Assembly: GCA_041181065.1 (NCBI GenBank)
Contig: JBEGQI010000204.1
Location: 1 to 63,455 of the forward strand
Reading direction: 5' to 3'
Length of the DNA stretch: 63,455 nucleotides
DNA from: Verrucomicrobiota bacterium
GTDB lineage: Bacteria > Verrucomicrobiota > Verrucomicrobiia > Limisphaerales > DSYF01
Shown: positions 48,300-55,034 of the stretch, piece after piece
How the letters are laid out: each line of letters opens with the position of its first letter
How positions within the stretch are numbered: position 1 is the first letter of the stretch
Program-made: the position numbers and the translations under genes
Notes under the pieces: model-generated
What the model saw: only the letters and a program-made list of their open reading frames with translations
Told to the model about the DNA's origin: nothing
Databases searched by the model: none

Positions 48300-50218
48300 A
48301 ACTTGGCCTCCAGTTGAGCGAGCACGCGGTCCAATTCGCCGCGCAACGCGAGCACATCCGTCGCGCCGGGCGGTTGACCCGCGAAGCGTTCGGCATCCGC
48401 GGCAGCGAAGATGCGCCGCACGGCCTGCGTTGCGTTCGTCGCGTCGGCTCCGTCCAGCAACGGCACCACGTCGCTGCTGACCAACGCGCGCGGCTCGGCG
48501 GGATAATGCGGAGCGCAGGCGGCCCGCATCGCGTTCACGGCACACGCGGCGAAGCGCGAGGTGTCGCCGAGCGCCGCTGCCTTGCGGACGGCGGCCCACT
48601 CGCGCCGCAACGCACGCCGGGCGCGACGACGCAGCATCACTTCGGGATGCGCTTCATGGAATCGCCGGCGCCGGTCCCACGCCCAAAGCGCAGCGAACAA
48701 CACTGCGGGCGCGACCTGCACGACCGGGAACCACGGCGCGCGTTGCACGGGCAGCAAGGTTGCCATCGACTTGCCCGGTTGCGCGGCGAGCCCGCTGAGC
48801 TTCGGTTCGCGCTCAGTTCCAGTTGCGGTTGCGTTCGTCGATGCAAACGCGGCGACATCCACGGGCGCAGCTCCGGGCGACACTTTCACCGGCACCGACG
48901 GCACGCTGGCGTCCACGTAGTCGCCTTTGTCCGGATCGAAGAAGCTGAATGGAATCCGCGGCGTGACTTTGTTGGTTTCGCTGGTGGGGATGAGCGTCCA
49001 TGAGAACGTCGTGAAGCCCTGCGCTTGGATGAGTTGTGGCGGCATGGCATCGACCGGTCCGGCGAACACTTGCCAGCCCGGAACCGTCGGCGGTTTGGGC
49101 GGCGTGAGTCGCAGCAGGTTGCCATCGCCGCGGACGCGGACCGACAACGTGACGGGCTCGCCGACGCGAAGGGCGTTCACGGCGAGCTGGGGCGGATCGA
49201 GTTTGAAATGACCGATGCCGCCGGTGTAGCCCGGCAGTTCGCGCTCGCGCGGCAACGGACGCACGTCGAGCGTGACGGGCTCGGAGTCGAGGAGAATCTG
49301 CGGTTGCGGCCCGCCGGGCAACGAGATGGTGCCCTGGATCGTGATGCCGCCACCGAGAAAGGCCGATTGCAGATTGCCCGTGAACGCCTGCGCGGAGACG
49401 TCGAGCTTGCCGGGCTTCAACGGCGTAAGGCTCGACTCGCAAACGACGGACGCATAGTTGCTGTTGTATTCGGGAAAGATCCGCATCTGCTGGCCCATGA
49501 ATTGGCCGGGGAGAAAGCCGTCACCGTTCAGCTTGAGCGAATTGAGGATGGTGATGCCCGAGGGCGCGCCCGGCTCCACGATGCGCACGTTCACGAGCTG
49601 ACCGACGAACGGATTTTTGTTCGGCACATCCAGGAGCAGATGTTTTCGCGGCAGCACGGGCGGGAGATTTTCCCCCACGACTTGTAGCGTCGCGGCTGGC
49701 ACGGTCACAGGCTTGTCGTAAACGTAAACGATGAAGCGCGGAACGGTGAACGAGCCCGTGTTGGTCACGGTAACGCGGTAGTTAAAACCAGCGCGCGGCT
49801 GCATCATCGCGCCGGTCTGCGCCATCGATTGCCCGCGCGCGCTTGGTCGCAAGTTGAGCTGCGGCGGCGCAATGACATCTTCCGGCCACTGGATGGAGTC
49901 AATGAGTGCGTTGAACGAGATGCGATACGTCGCCACGTCGCCCGCGCGGATGATCGGTGGATCGAACGAGGCGGTGGCTTCGACGGGCGTGGTGGTGTCG
50001 ATGCTCGGCTGCGGCGAAAGCATGATGGCCGCGGGATTGGGCTGCTGGGGTTGTTGGGCGGAGGCGCTGAAAATGAACAAGGCAACTAAAGCGCACCCGA
50101 GCGCCACCTTCTTAATCTTAATCACAATCTTACTCATCATCCACTGCTTCAACCCGCAGGGATTAAGATCAAGAGTAAGATTACGATTAAGAGAGAGTGA
50201 GGTCATTGTGCGCTTCAC
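48296..50218 (-). CDS. BatD-like protein
   Basis: V.PLP......GYTGGIG.F, VGEPVTL.V.V.G.GNL, FSFFDP..G.Y, late TM helix; GTG 50218 overlaps the upstream TGA (alternative ATG starts downstream). Confidence 0.82.
   Translation of the reverse strand: MKRTMTSLSLNRNLTLDLNPCGLKQWMMSKIVIKIKKVALGCALVALFIFSASAQQPQQPNPAAIMLSPQPSIDTTTPVEATASFDPPIIRAGDVATYRISFNALIDSIQWPEDVIAPPQLNLRPSARGQSMAQTGAMMQPRAGFNYRVTVTNTGSFTVPRFIVYVYDKPVTVPAATLQVVGENLPPVLPRKHLLLDVPNKNPFVGQLVNVRIVEPGAPSGITILNSLKLNGDGFLPGQFMGQQMRIFPEYNSNYASVVCESSLTPLKPGKLDVSAQAFTGNLQSAFLGGGITIQGTISLPGGPQPQILLDSEPVTLDVRPLPRERELPGYTGGIGHFKLDPPQLAVNALRVGEPVTLSVRVRGDGNLLRLTPPKPPTVPGWQVFAGPVDAMPPQLIQAQGFTTFSWTLIPTSETNKVTPRIPFSFFDPDKGDYVDASVPSVPVKVSPGAAPVDVAAFASTNATATGTEREPKLSGLAAQPGKSMATLLPVQRAPWFPVVQVAPAVLFAALWAWDRRRRFHEAHPEVMLRRRARRALRREWAAVRKAAALGDTSRFAACAVNAMRAACAPHYPAEPRALVSSDVVPLLDGADATNATQAVRRIFAAADAERFAGQPPGATDVLALRGELDRVLAQLEAKL
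50110..50192. repeat. Hexamer-periodic inverted repeat (ATCTTA/TAAGAT family) in the 5' end of the batD-like gene
   Basis: TCTTAATCTTAATCACAATCTTACTC...GATTAAGATCAAGAGTAAGATTACGATTAAGA; related copy at 58410-58483. Confidence 0.85.
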
Positions 50219-51222
50219 CAATTCGGACGCTTCGGATCCTTCGACTTGCCTTCTTCGCCCATGCCCATCGGCAGGCGCTTGTCGCCGTCGCGACGCAGCC
50301 CGTTCAGCAATTGCCCTGCTTCCTCAGCTGACATCTTCTTTTCTTCGCCCGCCTTGCCAGCCGACTCGGTCATCTCGGGGCGCATGCCGCCGGGTTCTTC
50401 TTCGTCCTCTTCCTCCTCGCCGTTGCCGCCGGGTGGCGCATCAGGCGCAGGGACCTGGCCCTTGAGCTGATTCAACTTGTCGCCGAGCTGCTTCCCGGCC
50501 TGCTGCATTGCGGCCATCGCCTGCTGCATCTCGCGGATCATGTCGATGAGCTTCGCGATGTGACGGTTCACGATGTCGGCGTTCTTCGCGGCATCCTTGT
50601 CCGCGGGGCTCAACTCCGCCGCGCTCTGAAAATCTCCCGCCGCGCGCTGCCATTTCAATAGCGTGTTGCCGCAAACCTCCATCGCGGCCTTCACCGCTTT
50701 GGTTGCGGACTTCAACTCCTTCTTCGCGCCGCGCCCGCGCTGATACGCGGCAACCATCTGCTGCACGTCATTGCTCACCAACGCCGCGTCCGCCGCCTGG
50801 CTCGCTTCATTGGCCTGCGCGGCGGCGCGTTGTCCACGGGCAGCAGCCTGCGCATGCTCGGCCTGCTTCTTCAACTCCTCGATGCCCTGCGCGAACCGGA
50901 CTTCCCCGAGATTGTAAAGCGCCTTGGGCTGCAATCCCTCATCCTGGCTGGCGAGCGCCGATTGCAGGAACGCCTCCGCTTCCCGCAGCTTGCCCGCCTG
51001 CAACATCCGCGTGCCGGCGTTAAAGAACTCGCGCGGCGTTTGCGGCGCCGGCTCGGGCTTCGTGGCGGGAACGTTTGTTCCCGGAAGCGCGACCGGCGTC
51101 TTATTCGTCGCAAGTGAAGCTGTGGCTGAATTCAAAATTAAAAATGAAAAATGAAAAAACAGACAGAGGCCGCGTGCCCGCGTCCGCCATTTTGCTTCTT
51201 GAATTTTTAACTTTGAATTCAT
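50215..51222 (-). CDS. BatC-like TPR protein
   Basis: FNAG...G.L.EA, ALYNLG, DA.KN, Gln/Glu-rich tail, MSAEEA.QLL, terminal NW. Confidence 0.8.
   Translation of the reverse strand: MNSKLKIQEAKWRTRARGLCLFFHFSFLILNSATASLATNKTPVALPGTNVPATKPEPAPQTPREFFNAGTRMLQAGKLREAEAFLQSALASQDEGLQPKALYNLGEVRFAQGIEELKKQAEHAQAAARGQRAAAQANEASQAADAALVSNDVQQMVAAYQRGRGAKKELKSATKAVKAAMEVCGNTLLKWQRAAGDFQSAAELSPADKDAAKNADIVNRHIAKLIDMIREMQQAMAAMQQAGKQLGDKLNQLKGQVPAPDAPPGGNGEEEEDEEEPGGMRPEMTESAGKAGEEKKMSAEEAGQLLNGLRRDGDKRLPMGMGEEGKSKDPKRPNW
51127..51221. repeat. AT-rich heptamer-periodic inverted repeat in the 5' end of the batC-like gene
   Basis: TGAATTCAAAATTAAAAAT versus reverse complement of the other arm TGAATTCAAAGTTAAAAAT (one mismatch). 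Confidence 0.85.
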
Positions 51223-52232
51223 GGCTTACGCCTCGTCCCCACGAGCGACTCCACCACGACCAGCAACAGCACGGCAGCGACCGACCAGTGAAACCGATCC
51301 ACGCCGCGTTTGATGGCGCCGGTGGCACTGGTGGCGAGCTGCGATTCGATCGCGCCGCGCACGCGGGCCAAGCCCTCGCCGAGCGGCCCGAGCGGATGAT
51401 ACGCGCCCTTCGTGGCGCCCGCCACTGCGCGCAACGTCGCTTCATCAAGCTGGCTGCGCACGACTTCGCCCTTGCTGTCGCGCAGGAGCGTCAGCTGACC
51501 TTGCTCGTTCAACACGCGGATCTCCGTTCCTGCCGGTGTGCCGACGCCAACGGTGAATACGACCACGCCGTTCGTCGCGAGCGCTTCGGCTTTTTTCACG
51601 CCGCCTTTTTCCAGATCTTCGCCGTCGGTCAGCAACACGATGATTTTGCGCTTCGCCTTTTTGTCCATCGCGCGATACGCCTCGTCGAGTGCGCGACCAA
51701 TATCCGTGCCGGGGACGGGAATGGTCCGCTCGTCGAGCGCGTTCAACGTTTCGTGGAATGCCTCGTGGTCCGGCGTGAGCGGGCATTGCAGGAACGCCTG
51801 CCCCGCGAACGCCACCAAGCCGAGGCGTCCCGAGTTGTGGTGCCGCGTGAATTCCTGGATCGCGAGTTTCGCGCGTTGCAACCGGTTCGGCGTCACGTCG
51901 GCGGCGAGCATGCTGCGCGAGCAATCGAGCGCGAACACCACGTCCTCGCCCGCGAGCTGCGTCTCGCGTTGCTGCTCCTCGCCCCATTGCGGCCGCGCCA
52001 ACGCCAGCCCGATGCCGCCCACGGCCAGCACGAGCAACACTTCCTTGAACACGCGCCGCGCCGGGCTGTGCGAACGTGTGAGTTCCGCGACGAACTCCGG
52101 CGCCGCTACGCGCGACAACTGCCGTCGGCGCATCGCCGCCGAGTAACGTTGCAAAGCAACGAGCGCCAGCGGCCCGAGGAACGCGAGCCACAGCCAGGCA
52201 GGTTCGGCAAAATGGGGATTGGCAAAACTCAC
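51219..52232 (-). CDS. BatB-like VWA protein
   Basis: ALARPQWG, DCSRSMLA.DV.PNRL, FAGQAF..CPLT.D, LTDGED; GTG start. Confidence 0.9.
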   Translation of the reverse strand: MSFANPHFAEPAWLWLAFLGPLALVALQRYSAAMRRRQLSRVAAPEFVAELTRSHSPARRVFKEVLLVLAVGGIGLALARPQWGEEQQRETQLAGEDVVFALDCSRSMLAADVTPNRLQRAKLAIQEFTRHHNSGRLGLVAFAGQAFLQCPLTPDHEAFHETLNALDERTIPVPGTDIGRALDEAYRAMDKKAKRKIIVLLTDGEDLEKGGVKKAEALATNGVVVFTVGVGTPAGTEIRVLNEQGQLTLLRDSKGEVVRSQLDEATLRAVAGATKGAYHPLGPLGEGLARVRGAIESQLATSATGAIKRGVDRFHWSVAAVLLLVVVESLVGTRRKP

Positions 52233-53269
52233 GGCACCCTCCGATAACGTGTGTTCGCCAGCACGAGTTCCAACGCAAGCAATCCGAGCGCCGCGCAGAG
52301 CGGCCATTGGAACAACGGCGTGTAAGTCGTGAAGCGCCGCAGCTTGATCTCCGTTTTCTCCAGCCGGTTGATGTCGTTGTAGATCTCCTGCAACTGGCTG
52401 CGGTTCGACGCGCGATACGAGCGCGCGTGCGACAACGCGGACATCTTCGCCAGCACGTCGTAGTTCGCGGGCTGGATGGTCATCGAGGGGATGATGTTGC
52501 CCGCCTCGTCGAGGATGAGTTTGCCGGTGTTCGCATCGAAGTAAGGCAGGCGGCATGGTTGATCCACGCCGATGCCGATGGTGTAAACCTTCACGCCCAC
52601 GGCGGCGGCGAGTTGCGCGGACGGCACGGGATCGACCTCGCCTTTGTTGTTGTCACCGTCGGTCAACATGATGATGACGCGGCTCTTGCTCTCCTTCTGA
52701 TCCTTCAACCGCTTCGTGGCGGAGACCGTCGCGTCGCCGATGGCCGTGCCGACTTCGATCACGGAACCGACATGCAAACGGTGCAAGTTCTCGACGAGCC
52801 AGTCGTGGTTCAACGTCAGCGGGCTGCACAGATACGGCACGCCGGAGAACGCGATCAACCCGATGCGATCATCCGGGCGTTTGCGGATGAAATCCTCCAG
52901 CACGCTGCGCGCGATGTCATAACGCGTCGTGCGTTCGCCGGGCTTGGCCATGTCCAGCGCGATCATCGACCACGACAAATCCACGACGAGCATGATGTCG
53001 ATGCCGCTGGTGTTCGTCTCCGTTTGGTCATTCGCAAAGCGCGGTCCCGCCAACGCCACGATGAGGAAGGCCACCGTCAGCAAGCGCAGGAAGAGCAACA
53101 GGCGTCCCGCGGCTGCGCGAGCCGTGGCGCCGGCTGCGCGAGCGATGTCCGCGCTGGAGAACAGAACCGCCGACAACTTCCCGACCCGTCCGCGCAGGAA
53201 CGCATACACCGGCAGCAACGCCAGCAGCGCGAGCAGGAACGGATATTGGAACTGGAAGTGTTCGGTCAT
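52229..53269 (-). CDS. BatA-like VWA protein
   Basis: GIDIML.VDLS.SM, DRIGLIAFSG, GTAIGD, LTDGDNN, I..LEKT. Confidence 0.9.
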   Translation of the reverse strand: MTEHFQFQYPFLLALLALLPVYAFLRGRVGKLSAVLFSSADIARAAGATARAAAGRLLLFLRLLTVAFLIVALAGPRFANDQTETNTSGIDIMLVVDLSWSMIALDMAKPGERTTRYDIARSVLEDFIRKRPDDRIGLIAFSGVPYLCSPLTLNHDWLVENLHRLHVGSVIEVGTAIGDATVSATKRLKDQKESKSRVIIMLTDGDNNKGEVDPVPSAQLAAAVGVKVYTIGIGVDQPCRLPYFDANTGKLILDEAGNIIPSMTIQPANYDVLAKMSALSHARSYRASNRSQLQEIYNDINRLEKTEIKLRRFTTYTPLFQWPLCAALGLLALELVLANTRYRRVP

Positions 53270-53883
53270 GCGGGCTTCAGCGCTTGTGCTTGCTCGCGAA
53301 GTTTGGCGCGGCGGGCTTCAGCCAGTTCAACCAGGGCCAGCGCGCGGCTCGCGGCGCTAAGCGGAGTGGTGTTGGTCGTGGGCGCAAACTTTCGTTCGTC
53401 ACAGCTGTGCAAGAATTCTGCGAGCTTGGCGGAGAGTTCAGGGTCGATTTGCGGATGAGCATTGATCGCGGCGCAGAACTCAGCCGTGTTCATCTCGCCC
53501 GATGGCAGCGCGAACGCCGCTGCCACGTAGCGCCGTAGCGTTTGCGAAATGCGGCTGAGCACGTCGCCGGTCTCGGGCAGCGTGGCGAGCCGGGCGAGTT
53601 CGTTGCGGGCGATGACTTCGGGCGGCGTGGTCACCTTGGGCTTCGGGCGCAACACCAGCCAGAGCAGCGCACCGATCGCCGCAAGCGCCACGAACCCGAG
53701 GACGATGATCAGCGCCGCATGCTGTTCCCAAAATGTCGGCTGGATTTCCGGCAACGGCGGCGACAGCGGTGGGATTTCGTCGGCGGGCTTTGATGACGGC
53801 AGGGCAAAAGCGGCGGGCGCGAGCAGCAGTGAGAAAGCCGCGAACCGCAGTCGCCAATCGCCAATCGCCGGAATCGAATTCAC
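53266..53883 (-). CDS. Bat-operon membrane protein (DUF4381-like)
   Basis: Signal peptide, Pro-rich segment, TM helix, LRRY...F, E.NT.EF, D..KFA. Confidence 0.75.
   Translation of the reverse strand: MNSIPAIGDWRLRFAAFSLLLAPAAFALPSSKPADEIPPLSPPLPEIQPTFWEQHAALIIVLGFVALAAIGALLWLVLRPKPKVTTPPEVIARNELARLATLPETGDVLSRISQTLRRYVAAAFALPSGEMNTAEFCAAINAHPQIDPELSAKLAEFLHSCDERKFAPTTNTTPLSAASRALALVELAEARRAKLREQAQALKPA
53851..53869. repeat. Short heptamer tandem repeat (TCGCCAA) in the 5' coding end
   Basis: TCGCCAA-TCGCCAA-TCGCC, read within AIGDWRLR on the minus strand. Confidence 0.45.
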
Positions 53884-54836
53884 CCGCGCCTCCTGCCTTT
53901 GCGGGTTTCAAAAAAGCGCTGGAGGGTTTGCGCGAAGGAATCGGCGGTGTTGAAGCGCAACGTCTCGACGCCAGCACGGTTCAAAGCGCGGTCTAAGTCG
54001 GCGAGGCGATTCGCGTTGGTGCGCGCAAAGCGTTCGCGCACGGCGGCGCTGGCGGAATCCAGTTCGAGCAATTCGCCGGTCTCGGCGTCCTCAATGGTGA
54101 GCAAGCCGGCGACGGGCAACGAATCTTCGCGCGGATCGTGCAGGTGCAGGCAGACGAGGTCGTGACGGGCGTTGGTGAGGCCGAGTTCCTGGATGACGTC
54201 GCGGTTTGTAGTCCCGCCTTTAGGCGGTTCGGCAGACGCGGACCGCCTGAAGGCGGGACTACGAACGGATTCAAAACTGTGCAGAAAATCCGTCATCAGG
54301 AACGTGATCGAGCGGCGTTTGACGACGTGGTTCACGAAGTTCAGCGCGGCGGGGATGTTTGTGCCCTTGTGCTTTGGCTCGAACGCGAGCATTTCGCGGA
54401 GCACGCGCAGAATGTGACGCCGTCCTTTGCGCGGCGGGAGATAAAGTTCAACCTCATCCGTGAACAGGAGCAGGCCAACTTTGTCGCTGCTGCGCGAGGC
54501 GGAGATGGCGAGGGTGGCGGCGATCTCGGTGGCGAATTCGCGTTTCGTCCGGCGCAGCGAGCCGAACGCGGACGACGCTGAGATGTCCACGGCGAGCACG
54601 ACGGCGAGTTCGCGTTCCTCGCGGTAACGCTTCACGAACGGGCGGCCCATGCGATTGGTGACGTTCCAATCGATGCTGCGCACGTCGTCGCCGGGCATGT
54701 ATTCGCGCAACTCCTCGAAGTCCATGCCGCGGCCCTTGAAGCGGCTGAGGTAGGCGCCCACCATCGTGTCGTTCACGAGACGGTTGGTGCGCACCTCGAC
54801 GCGACGGACGGTGGCGAGGAGTTCGGAGAGGTTCAT
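53880..54836 (-). CDS. DUF58 protein (MoxR/Bat-associated)
   Basis: S.FKGRGMDFEELREY.PGDDVR.IDWNVT, VDISAS, DKVGL, TDF, HD. Confidence 0.93.
   Translation of the reverse strand: MNLSELLATVRRVEVRTNRLVNDTMVGAYLSRFKGRGMDFEELREYMPGDDVRSIDWNVTNRMGRPFVKRYREERELAVVLAVDISASSAFGSLRRTKREFATEIAATLAISASRSSDKVGLLLFTDEVELYLPPRKGRRHILRVLREMLAFEPKHKGTNIPAALNFVNHVVKRRSITFLMTDFLHSFESVRSPAFRRSASAEPPKGGTTNRDVIQELGLTNARHDLVCLHLHDPREDSLPVAGLLTIEDAETGELLELDSASAAVRERFARTNANRLADLDRALNRAGVETLRFNTADSFAQTLQRFFETRKGRRRG
54204..54266. repeat. GTAG-type REP doublet inserted in frame in the DUF58 gene
   Basis: GTTTGTAGTCCCGCCTTTAGGCGGT...ACCGCCTGAAGGCGGGACTACGAAC; 63 bp = 21 codons. Confidence 0.9.
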
Positions 54837-55027
54837 GGCTTGCCGACGCGCAGTGGGGCAGTCTTCAAGACTGCCATTAGGGGCTTCCAGCCCTCGTTGA
54901 TGCGGCTGAAATCCTCACCTGCTTGGAAACACGCTCGCGGGCTAGAAGCCCGCCCAGACAGGCTTGAAGCCTGCCCCACTAGGCAACATTGGCGCTCGCC
55001 TTCCGACTTCGGATTGAACAGTTCCAT
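54833..55027 (-). CDS. Possible 64-aa repeat-derived ORF bridging the GH35 gene and DUF58
   Basis: ATG 7 nt after the GH35 stop; its TGA overlaps the DUF58 ATG; mostly REP sequence. Confidence 0.3.
   Translation of the reverse strand: MELFNPKSEGERQCCLVGQASSLSGRASSPRACFQAGEDFSRINEGWKPLMAVLKTAPLRVGKP
54852..54980. repeat. GTGG-type REP/REPIN-like composite palindrome
   Basis: AGTGGGGCAGTCTTCAAGACTGCC...GACAGGCTTGAAGCCTGCCCCACT, with inner hairpins GGGCTTCCAGCCC and GCGGGCTAGAAGCCCGC. Confidence 0.88.
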
Positions 55028-55034
55028 GCGGACG

